Virus record (IMG/VR): IMGVR_UViG_3300025150_000002
Location: 139,522 to 203,521 of that record
Direction: 5' to 3' (one strand)
Source of the DNA: a virus
Taxonomy: Duplodnaviria > Caudoviricetes
DNA length: 64,000 nucleotides
A program made the translations under genes and the position numbers. Of the stretch, positions 38,056 through 47,779 are shown in pieces. Every line of letters begins with the position of its first letter. Positions within the stretch are counted from its first letter, which is position 1. Below the pieces are notes generated by a model, which was given only the letters and a program-made list of their open reading frames with translations, made no database searches and was not told the origin of the DNA.

Positions 38056-38753
38056 TACGGTAACTCTGATGCCGCCGCCTCGTCGGCGAGGCGCTCAGCC
38101 TCCTCGTCGGCGAGACGCTCAGCCTCTCGCTCGTCCAGCAGCTCCTGAAGCTCGGCGTACGACCAGCCACGCAGGTCCATCATCATCCGCCGCCACAGTG
38201 GGTTATCCGGGTCGTTGATCCCATCAACCACGGCCAGCTGGCCGTTTGTTGCCGAGCCGTGGCCGCCACCAGCTCCACGGCAGTCCTCGTTCATCCACTG
38301 GAACTCGAACTCGCAGTCCGAGAAAAGAGAGGCCATCTTCTCGAAGACCGGAAAGGGAGGCGACCACGCCGTCTGGAACGCCACCGACGCGACGGTGGAG
38401 TCCGTGCCTACGCGCGCCAGCTGGTCCAGGACCCCGAGGTCACTGTCGACCTCGACCTCATATGCGTCCCACTTGGTGCCCCAGTTGTCGGGGTTCCATG
38501 TGTTCCAGCAGAACGGGTTCGGATCGCCGCCCCCGAGTCGGTGGTTGTAGTGGCTGTGAGAGCAGGTGTCGTTGTTGTAGTCAGGGTGGTCGGGAGGAGG
38601 CACGAACCCTCGAAACGAGAAGGCTCGGCGCTGGTAATCCGACACCTTGCCCGTCGCCGGGTCTATCGGCTCGTAGACACCTAGTGCCAGAAACTCTGCC
38701 ACCCGTGTTCTCGGACCGCTGATCGTGATCTTGTTTGATACGTGGTTCGGCAT
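38055..38753 (-). CDS. DUF1281/YubB-like protein with internal LDxL tag
   Basis: MPNHVSN, NWGTKWDA, FQTAWSPP; GVLDQLARV between them. Confidence 0.75.
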   Translation of the reverse strand: MPNHVSNKITISGPRTRVAEFLALGVYEPIDPATGKVSDYQRRAFSFRGFVPPPDHPDYNNDTCSHSHYNHRLGGGDPNPFCWNTWNPDNWGTKWDAYEVEVDSDLGVLDQLARVGTDSTVASVAFQTAWSPPFPVFEKMASLFSDCEFEFQWMNEDCRGAGGGHGSATNGQLAVVDGINDPDNPLWRRMMMDLRGWSYAELQELLDEREAERLADEEAERLADEAAASELP

Positions 38754-39012
38754 GCTTTCCTCCTGGTTGGTGTTCTACCCGGAAGGAGGTGCGCCCCAGA
38801 TGCATCGAGGTATAACCAACCCATCGCCTGCCGATGACGAGAGGGGGACGCCCCTCGGGAGCCAGAAGGGGTAACGCCTGGAGGCGGGGTAGGGGATCAG
38901 GGGACGTTGCACGGTCCCGCAGCGGCAGCTCACACGGCGGACCTGAGTCAGGACGCGCAGCTGTCTACGAAGTCAGCCCTGGGCTAGCCGGGGCTGACTT
39001 CGTTTATGGACG

Positions 39013-39300
39013 CTATGGCTTGATCCGAGCGAGAGACTCCAGCACTAGGTGCGCGCGAAGCGCTCTCAGTACCTTTGCGCACTCTCGCTTTTTTACGACC
39101 TTCTTCTGGCCCGGAGAGGTCGAGAAGACGAGCTGGTTTGAACCACGAGGGTCGTGCACGATAGAAGGCCGACCGTTGATCGATGTCATTATCAACCAAT
39201 CCCCTATCCAAGCCTCTTCGTGTTCCGCCATTCGACAGGATATTACGGCGAGCGCTACGAGCTCGGCCTCCAGTTCCTTCGTCCACGGCTGGTAGGGCAT
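39013..39300 (-). CDS. Hypothetical protein with LDxL tag
   Basis: Ends LRAHLVLESLARIKP. Confidence 0.6.
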   Translation of the reverse strand: MPYQPWTKELEAELVALAVISCRMAEHEEAWIGDWLIMTSINGRPSIVHDPRGSNQLVFSTSPGQKKVVKKRECAKVLRALRAHLVLESLARIKP

Positions 39301-39447
39301 ACCGTCGTTGTACCTACTCGGGGCTCACGGGGAGATTATGGCGGCTGCTCACGAGTTCGAGCTCTCGTAATAATTCAGCCGTAAGTTGCTCCAGCAGAAG
39401 GCGGATACCCATTATGCAACTTGCAGGCCTGCCTTCCGGTCTCATTT

Positions 39448-39927
39448 CTACGGGCCCTCCGGAGTATCCGTCGCCTCCGCCGCCTTCGAGGCTGCCGCTC
39501 GTTCGTCCATCATGTTCACCAGACGGATGATCTTGGCAATTCGCTCATCGGTTGTGAACGAATCACAGATCTTGTCGAGGACCTTCGTCCCCGCGTGCTC
39601 GATGATGGCCCGGACTTTCGGCTGCAACTGACTGATGTAGAACTCAAGGTGCTCCGGGTGAACCCTGATGTCCACGCGCTGATTGTTCAGTTGGGCGTAT
39701 TCGGGGACCCGGGGGATCACCTCTTCGAGGAGCCTGACCCGGCGGCCCGCCTCCTTGTCGCCCCACTTCGCGGCGAATTGGGTGAGGATCCTGGCCTTGA
39801 TCTCAGCCTCCGTTACGTCGTCGTCCATGGTCTCCCTATCCTCGTGGTTCAAGACCAACCTCCTATAACGCTCTGAGATAGGGTTCGCGGACGCAGTACA
39901 CAAGATTTTTCTTGTGTACTGCGGCAA
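39448..39927 (-). CDS. Hypothetical protein (start uncertain)
   Basis: Contains KVLDKICDSF. Confidence 0.5.
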   Translation of the reverse strand: MPQYTRKILCTASANPISERYRRLVLNHEDRETMDDDVTEAEIKARILTQFAAKWGDKEAGRRVRLLEEVIPRVPEYAQLNNQRVDIRVHPEHLEFYISQLQPKVRAIIEHAGTKVLDKICDSFTTDERIAKIIRLVNMMDERAAASKAAEATDTPEGP

Positions 39928-40060
39928 ACACGATCCCGTGAGCGGCTCTGTTGCTACAGATTAGCGAAGTCGTGGGTAGAAACCCAATGCCGAACCTAAG
40001 AATCAGTGGATTGCATCACGGGTATAAGAACGGCAGACCCAAAGCCACGGAGTAAATCAG

Positions 40061-40609
40061 ATGGCCTCGACAACTTCCATTCCCGCTGAAACCACCACTC
40101 GCTGTGATGCCAGGAAGATAAAGGTCGGCGACGTATTCTCGCGACACTCCTTCGGCAAGGTGACGGCAATCGACCGGCACAACGGTCTGCTGACGATCGA
40201 GAACAGCAACGGCAACAGCTGGAACATCGGACCAGAGATCGTCGAGCTGGAGTTCAGCTTCGCCGAGCAGTTCGAGACGGAGGAGACCGTCAGCCGCACC
40301 CGGCTAATCGAGCTCATGACCGAGCTTCCTCGCACGGCGATGACCATCAACTTCAACAAGAAGCCGGACCCCAAGGCAATCGCCAAGGCCCTGGAGGGCG
40401 GCAAGGGCAGCGAGAGCGCTAAGGCCTGGACCGCCAAGGTCGACAAGCTCATCGCCGGCGATGAGCGGACTATGGTCGGTTACCACACGCTCAGTTTCGA
40501 TGAGCACCGCCGTCTCCGCTTCCAGGAGAGCGGCAGCGGGCAGCGGCTGGTAGATCCGAGAACACTCAACTGGATGATCAGTTGCAGGACGAAGTTTGTG
40601 GTCAAGTAG
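40061..40609 (+). CDS. Hypothetical protein
   Basis: Strong codon bias; GGTATAA at 40021. Confidence 0.7.
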   Translation: MASTTSIPAETTTRCDARKIKVGDVFSRHSFGKVTAIDRHNGLLTIENSNGNSWNIGPEIVELEFSFAEQFETEETVSRTRLIELMTELPRTAMTINFNKKPDPKAIAKALEGGKGSESAKAWTAKVDKLIAGDERTMVGYHTLSFDEHRRLRFQESGSGQRLVDPRTLNWMISCRTKFVVK

Positions 40610-41261
40610 CTCGGCGCCGGTTTTTTCTGGGGGGCTCTGTCAAGGCCCTGCAGAGTGACCAGTTTTCGAGCCGATAGTCGAGGGCGTTAGGCGCGATGCC
40701 TAAACGGCGGGCCCACTCCGCCTTCACAAGAGTTTCCCCGGTGATGGGATGAGTCAGTTCTACATTGTCGCGACGGTTTTGGGCCTGCTGTTGGGCTGTT
40801 GCCCAGCGCAGGTTTCCGGGCTCATAGCCCAGTGCGTTGTCGATGCGGTCCAGGCTCATCCCATCGGGCCGTTCCCCGAGATTGGTTTCAACCCAGTTAA
40901 AGAACTTCGTGAAGTCGTCGGCCCACTCGCCGTGAAATGTGATGCCGCGACCGCCGTAGTAATTCCACTCACGTCTCTGGGGATTAGTGCAGGCGTTCTT
41001 TCTGCTCTGCCAGAGCGAGTAGAGGTAGTGGCGTTGGCCGGCGACAGCGAAACCGTGTTTCACGTGTCCGCTTACCACCTCTGCGCGGTAACACCCACAG
41101 GATATGGATTTTCCGTGACGTAGGTTACTGAGGTACACAATCCTCTCAACGCTGCAGTCGCAGCGAGCTTCAACGCGCCGCTGGCCGGGGCCGTCAACGT
41201 CTCGTATTACGGTCCAGTGACCGAACTTTGTTCCAGGGGTTATAGACAATCGTCTAGCCAT
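40602..41261 (-). CDS. Free-standing HNH homing endonuclease (same family as 30997)
   Basis: KFGHW...CDC...SCGC...YGGRGI...SLDRIDNALGYEPGNLRWAT. Confidence 0.85.
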   Translation of the reverse strand: MARRLSITPGTKFGHWTVIRDVDGPGQRRVEARCDCSVERIVYLSNLRHGKSISCGCYRAEVVSGHVKHGFAVAGQRHYLYSLWQSRKNACTNPQRREWNYYGGRGITFHGEWADDFTKFFNWVETNLGERPDGMSLDRIDNALGYEPGNLRWATAQQQAQNRRDNVELTHPITGETLVKAEWARRLGIAPNALDYRLENWSLCRALTEPPRKNRRRAT

Positions 41262-41312
41262 TTGGCTCAGGGTATCTCGAACCAATTACATCGTCAAATC
41301 AGGGAGGGCGAC

Positions 41313-41840
41313 ATGACTACAGGACTTCGGTGCCCCAACTGCGACACCACCATCAACCGACGAGTCGTCAGCGATTGGCTCGTCAACAAGAAGGACGCTC
41401 ACCTCAACTGCAGCAACATGTTCTGCAATACACGCTGGTCGCGCGCTGTCCTCGAACAGCATGCCGACAAGTTCCTCGGTGAGGTCAAGGCTCCAGAGCC
41501 CAAGAAGGCTGAGGATCCGACGCCAGTCGTCCACATCGAGGAGACGACGGTTCCGGCCCGCACAGCCCCCGCTTGTACAACCAGCCGGGGTTGGTTGGAG
41601 CGGATTAGGAAGGCTGCGCTGCACCACACGACGGTTCACGGGGTGGTCTCCATCGACGATCTCCGCGTGTGGGCTGATGCACACGAGGATCACCCGCCGA
41701 GCCCGAGCACCTGGGGGTCCGTCTTCTACGGGGAGCAGTGGATGAAGGTGGGCGAGAAGCGCTCCTCCTACTCCAAGAGCCGCGCCCGGAAGGTCAGCGT
41801 CTGGGCGCCTACGGCAGCAGCACCACTGGTGTATGCTTGA
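41313..41840 (+). CDS. Zn-ribbon hypothetical protein
   Basis: CPNC...CSNMFC; SD GGGAGGG. Confidence 0.6.
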   Translation: MTTGLRCPNCDTTINRRVVSDWLVNKKDAHLNCSNMFCNTRWSRAVLEQHADKFLGEVKAPEPKKAEDPTPVVHIEETTVPARTAPACTTSRGWLERIRKAALHHTTVHGVVSIDDLRVWADAHEDHPPSPSTWGSVFYGEQWMKVGEKRSSYSKSRARKVSVWAPTAAAPLVYA

Positions 41841-42538
41841 TACAGGAGCCGCAGACTGACGGGGAACTCCAGGTCCCCCATCATGTGTGGGTGCTTCCAC
41901 ACTTCCAGAGTTGGCTGCAGGCGCAGAAGGGGGCCGGGAACCGACTTGATGGCTTCAAGTCGGTCTTCCTGTTCCCAGACAGCGGTAAGCCTTTTTTCTG
42001 GGCGGCCCACGTCAACGTCTTCATCGCCTCAGAGAACCGGAACAAGGTCAACGAGGTGGTGATTTCGCGGCCCGACATCATGCACATTGTCCTGCTCCAC
42101 CGTCCGCTTAGGTCGACGGACAAGATCAGGGCCGTGATGGTCCGCGAGTTTCGATCTCCAGCGTCTACGTCAAACGGGTTTATCCTGGAGACGCCTGGTG
42201 GGTCGTCGCTCAAGGGAGATGACCCCTTCGGTACCGCCGTCGCGGAGCTCGAAGAGGAGACCGGTCTGCGGATCAGCCCTGACAGGATCGTTCCTGTCGG
42301 AACACGTCAGCTGATGGGCACGATGTCGGCCCACAACGCCCACGTATACGCGGTCCAGCTCAATGACGAGGACATGGCGGCGGTCATGGACCAACTCGGC
42401 AAGCCTCACAGCAACGAGGCCGACTCAGAAAGAACGTACGTCGAGGTCCACGACGTGTCAGGTCTCTTGCGTGACCCTCTAACCGATTGGTCCACGCTGG
42501 GTATGATCGGCGCCGCCATTGAGGCTCTAGGGCTGTAA
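41738..42538 (+). CDS. Nudix hydrolase (start probably near 41837)
   Basis: ETPGGSS...TAVAELEEETGL. Confidence 0.75.
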   Translation: MDEGGREALLLLQEPRPEGQRLGAYGSSTTGVCLIQEPQTDGELQVPHHVWVLPHFQSWLQAQKGAGNRLDGFKSVFLFPDSGKPFFWAAHVNVFIASENRNKVNEVVISRPDIMHIVLLHRPLRSTDKIRAVMVREFRSPASTSNGFILETPGGSSLKGDDPFGTAVAELEEETGLRISPDRIVPVGTRQLMGTMSAHNAHVYAVQLNDEDMAAVMDQLGKPHSNEADSERTYVEVHDVSGLLRDPLTDWSTLGMIGAAIEALGL

Positions 42539-42579
42539 TTCACTCCTGTAGCCCCGAAGTGGGCTTCTGACGTCCGTGG

Positions 42580-42612
42580 GAAGAGGCCGGGGCTAATAGC
42601 CCCGGCCTCTTC
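42580..42612 (+). terminator. Intrinsic terminator
   Basis: GAAGAGGCCGGGGCT-AAT-AGCCCCGGCCTCTTC followed by TTT. Confidence 0.75.
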
Positions 42613-42674
42613 TTTCGTGTACAGCTCGATGCATCGGCCGTCGTCTCCGTGTGCGCCAGAGGTAGAACGACACC

Positions 42675-42866
42675 ATGAGCACCAACACCCAGAGTTCCAA
42701 CGTCCCGTGCGACGGCCCCGAGTGCGTCCTTTGCCAGCTGACCGGGCCTCCCGATATGGTCCAGGTCTGGGTCAAGGACCTAGACGACGGCGAGTGGAAG
42801 TCGCTCACCATGAAGCGGGCGCGGGCGCTAGAGCTCGGCCTTATCAAGGATGCCACTGATGCTTGA
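42675..42866 (+). CDS. Hypothetical protein
   Basis: GGTAGAAC 7 nt upstream. Confidence 0.6.
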   Translation: MSTNTQSSNVPCDGPECVLCQLTGPPDMVQVWVKDLDDGEWKSLTMKRARALELGLIKDATDA

Positions 42867-43107
42867 GCCGAGAATCAGGGTGTTCTGGAGCGCAAAGGAT
42901 TACGACCTGAAGGCTGCATGGGACGCTGGGTGCGCTTCTCAAGACGGCGGCTACCTACTGTTCTTGCTTTTCAACAAGACGTTCCTGGAGGCGCTGGACG
43001 AGCGTGGCTACGACATCAAGACGCTCAGGTTCCAGATCAGAAAGAAGCCACCAAACGCGCTCGACCGAATCGTCAACGCAATCAACGAGGCAGAGGAGAA
43101 GGTGTAA
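42850..43107 (+). CDS. Hypothetical protein with LDxL tag
   Basis: Ends PNALDRIVNAINEAEEKV. Confidence 0.65.
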   Translation: MPLMLEPRIRVFWSAKDYDLKAAWDAGCASQDGGYLLFLLFNKTFLEALDERGYDIKTLRFQIRKKPPNALDRIVNAINEAEEKV

Positions 43108-43670
43108 TGGGCTACGAGACTGAGATTTACCTGGTAGACAAGGGCCATGACGACTGCCTCGTCCAGTGGCAGCCTGCCTCAGAGCACTGGTACACCGCGA
43201 CCAGGAACCCGCTCGACCGGTTGGTCGAGGCCACCGGCGAGGTCAATAAGGACCCGCTTCAAGGGGTTCCGGCCGACGCCCTGTTCTCGGATGGCGGAGT
43301 GATCATCGCTTCGCTGAGGATGGGTACGATCGGGAGTGGTGGCCACGACGATGGAGAGCTCGACGACTTCTTCGCCAAGAACCGCGAGAGGCAGAAGATG
43401 GAGAAGAAGTTCCTCCTCCTTAAGTGGATGCCGAGCGACTGCCTCAACACCAGCGAGTGGCCCGATGTCACCGACCCCTACGGCGACCCCTACGTCCTGC
43501 ACGACGCCCAAGGCACCCTGGATGCCCTCAATCGAACCATCGAGCGCAAGCTGAAGGAGAACGATGGAGTGCTGTATACGATCGATCGGCGCTATTCCAT
43601 GTTGAAGGCCATCCTCGTTCCTTTCATCGCTGGATGGCCGAACCCAGCGGTGGTGACACGTGGCTACTGA
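43107..43670 (+). CDS. Hypothetical protein with internal LDxL tag
   Basis: MGYETEIYLV; NPLDRLVEAT; TAATG coupling. Confidence 0.65.
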   Translation: MGYETEIYLVDKGHDDCLVQWQPASEHWYTATRNPLDRLVEATGEVNKDPLQGVPADALFSDGGVIIASLRMGTIGSGGHDDGELDDFFAKNRERQKMEKKFLLLKWMPSDCLNTSEWPDVTDPYGDPYVLHDAQGTLDALNRTIERKLKENDGVLYTIDRRYSMLKAILVPFIAGWPNPAVVTRGY

Positions 43671-43968
43671 GCGAGAGGACAACAAGCTGCTTCAGGCGGT
43701 CCGCGAGAGTCATTGTGACCGAAAGGACCGCAAGCACGCCTGCGCCGGTGTCATCACCATCTCGCCGCAGGGCTACAAGCTAGACTGCAACTTGTGCGGA
43801 GGTCTCGACTACAAGACCGAGCCCTGGAGTAATCAGGAGAGCGACGGGCTGGAGATCGTCAAGGCAGTGCTGCGGACCATCGGTCTCGACTGGTCAGCCC
43901 TGTCCGCAGATATCCAACTAGAGCTCATCAAGACGGTGAGCAAGATGCTCATCAAGAGGGGAGAGTGA
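43660..43968 (+). CDS. Hypothetical protein
   Basis: In + strand run. Confidence 0.55.
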   Translation: MATEREDNKLLQAVRESHCDRKDRKHACAGVITISPQGYKLDCNLCGGLDYKTEPWSNQESDGLEIVKAVLRTIGLDWSALSADIQLELIKTVSKMLIKRGE

Positions 43969-43969
43969 T

Positions 43970-44275
43970 ATGACGGACGAGCGCAACTACCACCGGGAGC
44001 GCGAGGAGCTGGTTCCTCTCACCGACTCCATCCTCGACGTCTGGACCACACATTTCGGCGCTCTGAAGAGGGCTGCCATCGAGATCCGATTCAGCAGGTT
44101 CTGGCTGGAGCGTATGGATTCAGACCGACGGGCCGCAGAGGCTGCTCTCGCGGAGTCGCTCCGACGCGAGGCGGAGCTGTCGGCAGTCCTTAGAGACATC
44201 CGAACCACCCTCTGGTCGTCCAACGATCGCGAGACCATGGTCGAGATCGATGAGAAGATCAAAGACATCTTGTAG
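43970..44275 (+). CDS. Hypothetical coiled-coil protein
   Basis: In + strand run. Confidence 0.55.
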   Translation: MTDERNYHREREELVPLTDSILDVWTTHFGALKRAAIEIRFSRFWLERMDSDRRAAEAALAESLRREAELSAVLRDIRTTLWSSNDRETMVEIDEKIKDIL

Positions 44276-44283
44276 GGATCCTT

Positions 44284-44808
44284 ATGCCTAAGCACGTCGA
44301 GCGCGAGCGGTTTCCTGTTCCTGGAGCGTTCGGACTAGAGCGGTCCAAGGAGCGATCCGAAGAGAACTGGCTACGCCGCACCCAGTCTAACTGGGACTAC
44401 CTCAACCGTGCCGGTTCCTACCAGGATCACCTCTACATCTACGTTGAGGAGGAGTACGGTTACCGTAGCCACGTGTGGACCTATCCTGGAACCGCGCAGG
44501 AGCTAGTCGAGGACTGGTGCGCTGGGCTCACTCCCTGGCAAGGTAGGTTCAAGGGAGATTTCAAACAGGTTGATTTCGTCACGTCAGGTGACCATCGAGG
44601 ACGTGATTACCCAAGAGCTATGAACCTTGTCCTGGTTCAGACCGGTGAGGTCTTCCCGGGCATCTACGAACTAGATGATTTTGATGGGGAGTGTCACATC
44701 CACGAGGATGATGACGCTTATCTGAAGGTGGGTTTCTACAGAGTGCGTGGACGCGACAACCCTGAGGTCGAGTTCCGGGTGCTAGACGCTCTGGCTTCGA
44801 TTAGATGA
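44284..44808 (+). CDS. Hypothetical protein with LDxL tag
   Basis: Ends FRVLDALASIR. Confidence 0.65.
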   Translation: MPKHVERERFPVPGAFGLERSKERSEENWLRRTQSNWDYLNRAGSYQDHLYIYVEEEYGYRSHVWTYPGTAQELVEDWCAGLTPWQGRFKGDFKQVDFVTSGDHRGRDYPRAMNLVLVQTGEVFPGIYELDDFDGECHIHEDDDAYLKVGFYRVRGRDNPEVEFRVLDALASIR

Positions 44809-45361
44809 AGCCCATGCTGCCCGAGTCAACACCCGCCTCGGTGTTCTTGATGCCGGCGTCGGGGGTTGAGACCAGGGGCATGCGGTCGAGTTCGTCGAAA
44901 TCGTCACCCGCAGCGCTGCCGTAGCGTTGGAGAATCAACTCCTTGGTCTCGTCGTCGATCAAGCTCTCAAGAGCTGGGAAGACCTTGACCTCTTCGTCCT
45001 CAAGGTGGCGCTCTAGCCCCTCCAGGATAACGAACACCAGCTGACGAGCTGGTTCTTCGATGTTCGTAATCCTTGCTGAAAACAGGAGTTGCGACAGCCG
45101 AGTAAGGCGGGCCATCGTCTCGTCGTGTTCTCGGAACAGCTCGGGGAGCTTCTTGTTGTCAGCCTTCAGAAACTTCATCCCGATCAGATAGAGCACCGAC
45201 TCTTCCTTCAGGGTGTGCGGCCGCGCCACATCGATCATGGCCTGAGCGGTGTGCCGCATGCCAGGCAGATCGAAACGCTCAGTGAAAGCGCGAAGCTCCC
45301 CGGCCAGCGTCCGCAGCTTGGCGTGGTCCTTCAGCAAAGGCTCAATGATGCTCTTAGCCAT
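44801..45361 (-). CDS. Hemerythrin-like (HHE) protein
   Basis: LLKDH, HTLKEE, EHD, HLEDEE..VFP. Confidence 0.8.
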   Translation of the reverse strand: MAKSIIEPLLKDHAKLRTLAGELRAFTERFDLPGMRHTAQAMIDVARPHTLKEESVLYLIGMKFLKADNKKLPELFREHDETMARLTRLSQLLFSARITNIEEPARQLVFVILEGLERHLEDEEVKVFPALESLIDDETKELILQRYGSAAGDDFDELDRMPLVSTPDAGIKNTEAGVDSGSMGFI

Positions 45362-45420
45362 GCGGGTCTCCCACTAGGATCTGACACCACAGGATAGCAT
45401 CACAAGGACTTGCGATCGAC

Positions 45421-45600
45421 CTAAAGCTCGGCAACTAGCCTATCGAGAACGTTGGCCTCCTCATTCACGTAGATCTGGTTGTTGGCCACGATGATGAAGC
45501 CAACGTCATCGTCGTTCTCCCCCTCCCAAGTCACCTTGCCCTTGAGTACGTAACCCCAAGGGGTTAGGAAGTTGGTGATGAGGTACTGCAGCCACTTGAC
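45421..45600 (-). pseudogene. Start-less 59-codon remnant of a conserved phage protein ending in LDxL tag
   Basis: VKWLQYLITNFLTPWGYVLKGKVTWEGE...NVLDRLVAEL; in frame right after the HNH stop. Confidence 0.65.
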
Positions 45601-46089
45601 CTACGTCCAGTTATCACCCTTGGCGATGTGTCGGATCATCGTCGGGCTCACACCGAACCGCCGTGCCAGAGCCCTCTTCGCGGTCCCCAGTTCCAGCTCA
45701 TATCGAATGGCTGCTACATCGGATGATGTGAGCTTTCGGTTCCTAGCGTTATTCCCTCTGGGAACGCTCCGACGCTTGCAGTTCTCTGAGCGAGTTTCCC
45801 ACATAAGGTTTTCGATGCTGTTGTTCGTCGGGTCGTCATCTAGATGACTGGCCTCCAATCCGTCCGGGCACGGACCAACGAATGTCTCTAGCACGGCTCG
45901 ATGGAGAAGTTTCATCACACGGCCGGACGCGCTCGACAGTGTGAGCTGGGTGTAGCCTCTCTTGGCCAGATAGCGTCCTTTCAAGACCCTTACACGGGGT
46001 TTTCCTCGCGGCCCGATCAGACTGCGCACTCGGCCCTCTGGGTGGACCTCGTATCGTCCTTCAAATCCAGGAAGCGGCGTCCATGTCAT
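45601..46089 (-). CDS. NUMOD4-HNH homing endonuclease with C-terminal HTH
   Basis: PGFEGRYEV...GRVRS, LHRAVLETFVG, SHLDDDPTNNSIENLMW. Confidence 0.88.
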   Translation of the reverse strand: MTWTPLPGFEGRYEVHPEGRVRSLIGPRGKPRVRVLKGRYLAKRGYTQLTLSSASGRVMKLLHRAVLETFVGPCPDGLEASHLDDDPTNNSIENLMWETRSENCKRRSVPRGNNARNRKLTSSDVAAIRYELELGTAKRALARRFGVSPTMIRHIAKGDNWT

Positions 46090-46121
46090 GGGCTAAGTGT
46101 AACACCGAACTTCTCGTCTAG

Positions 46122-46871
46122 CTAGTTATCGAAGGCGATGACGACTCGGACCCGATCCGGCGGGCCGAGCTTCACCATGTCTGAGATGGTTTCGATGAAA
46201 TCGGACACGAGGTCCCGATAGGTTCGTGGCAGCTCGATCCCACAGAAGATGCCGAGCTTCTCCTGCTGCTTGGATATTCGGTTCTTCCGCCACCTGACGA
46301 ACTTCTTGGTCTCCTCGGTGAGGAGCAGCAGGGTCATCTCCTCTTCGGTCACTTGTCGGTGGAACCCTTCTGGAAGACCCTTGTGCCACATCGATCGGCC
46401 GCCGGTGTATTCGGCGTGATCCAGACCCGGAGGGACCTTGCCGGTCTCCTTCCACTCCAAGTAGTCGTCCGCGAAGAGTGCCATCGTCTCGTGGCAGGCG
46501 ACGGCGTCCCAGTCTGTGTCCATGAGCTCTTGGACGTTAAACCAGGTGTGACCGTGGTAGTCGGAGTAACCGCCCATCTCCTCGTGTGTGGGGATGTCCT
46601 TGAGAGTCGCCTTCGAGACGTCGTGCGGGACCCCTCTCCTGGCGAAGTGGAGAGGCTTGATGTGGAAGTTCCGGATGTCCGCCAGCACGGCGAACAGGAC
46701 GTAGTTTCTGTTGCTGAGCGCGTTCATGTAAGACGGCCGCCGCGCGTCCATCTCGTCGTAGTTCCAGCCGTTCTTCTCTCGAAGCCGCCAGTAACGGGTC
46801 TTGGAGTCTCGCAGACCCCACCGACCGTTCTTGCCCTTCACCTCGATGCACGGGTGCGCGTCTGTTCCGAT
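46122..46871 (-). CDS. Conserved phage hypothetical protein; native start appears displaced (ATC at 46871)
   Basis: (I)GTDAHPCIEV...RNYVLFAVLADIRN...RGVP...RVVIAFDN. Confidence 0.65.
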   Translation of the reverse strand: MGTDAHPCIEVKGKNGRWGLRDSKTRYWRLREKNGWNYDEMDARRPSYMNALSNRNYVLFAVLADIRNFHIKPLHFARRGVPHDVSKATLKDIPTHEEMGGYSDYHGHTWFNVQELMDTDWDAVACHETMALFADDYLEWKETGKVPPGLDHAEYTGGRSMWHKGLPEGFHRQVTEEEMTLLLLTEETKKFVRWRKNRISKQQEKLGIFCGIELPRTYRDLVSDFIETISDMVKLGPPDRVRVVIAFDN

Positions 46872-46878
46872 GATGTCC

Positions 46879-47676
46879 CTACCTTTTGAGAAGCTCCAGG
46901 AACCGGTCGTGCTTGCGTTTGAGAAAGGGCCCCTCTGAGTACATCCAGAGACACAGCCTCTCTATCTGCCGATTCCCCTCCACGCAGAGGGAGTGAATGC
47001 TCTTCATCTTTCTGATATTGCCTCTTACTTCTACCGCCCTGGCCATCCGAGCCTGAACGCTTCTCAAGAATTCCTCACGACCCGCCATACACCATCGCCA
47101 TCGCTTGTAGTTAGGCGAGTTTCTCGGTACGACATGGTAGATCGAGCCGTCCCCATCGAAGTAACCACGGATAAAGTGAGCATCGAGTGTCTGAGGAATC
47201 TGGTTTGGATAGACCAGCTTGTGGGTTTTACTCTGCACCATGCCTTGCGCGGCGAGTGCTCGACTAAGCGCCACGCTTTTGATGCGACAAGCGTAGATCC
47301 TCTTGTGGCCTGGACGATCGCGGTTTAAGAGCTTCAACGTCTTCTTAGGGCAAAGTTCGTTACGGAACAGCACAACCAGTTCGTGATCCGTGAGGTCTAA
47401 TGAGACACATGAGCCCTCAATGTTGCAGCCATCAGCCATCAGCAACCCAAACAAGTAGGCCTTTGCCGGCGTGTTGATCGTATCGAAGTAGTCTTCGATG
47501 ATCTCGTGTTTGCGCTTGTGCGACCACGGGGTCCTGGGTTTGAACCCATCTAACTTGAGCAACCTATTCCGAACAGTGCCGAGATCGACGCCATAGAGCG
47601 CGCCGATAGTTTTGTAGGTCAGGCCGGCGTTGTAATGGTCGAGGAGAACAGTCGAGTCAAGGTGTTGATGTGACAT
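46879..47676 (-). CDS. Free-standing double-motif LAGLIDADG endonuclease
   Basis: AYLFGLLMADGC and HFIRGYFDGDGS. Confidence 0.9.
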   Translation of the reverse strand: MSHQHLDSTVLLDHYNAGLTYKTIGALYGVDLGTVRNRLLKLDGFKPRTPWSHKRKHEIIEDYFDTINTPAKAYLFGLLMADGCNIEGSCVSLDLTDHELVVLFRNELCPKKTLKLLNRDRPGHKRIYACRIKSVALSRALAAQGMVQSKTHKLVYPNQIPQTLDAHFIRGYFDGDGSIYHVVPRNSPNYKRWRWCMAGREEFLRSVQARMARAVEVRGNIRKMKSIHSLCVEGNRQIERLCLWMYSEGPFLKRKHDRFLELLKR

Positions 47677-47779
47677 TTCTCAACACTAGGATGAGCTGAT
47701 CAACCTGTCAAGGCGTCGGTTCCCAATTGCCACCTCCTTCTCTCTTTCCTTCTACCCGTGAGAGCGGAGATGCATCGAG

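Noticed and set aside
29764-45603. Stop-codon reassignment (TGA at 29764, TAG at 45601)
   Set aside because: TGA and TAG terminate many well-supported genes here (vWA, clpS, recQ, DnaC-like), so the standard code fits.
46879-47676. Group I intron around the LAGLIDADG gene
   Set aside because: Only about 35 nt upstream and 10 nt downstream are non-coding, too little for a ribozyme core, and there is no U at the putative 5' splice site.
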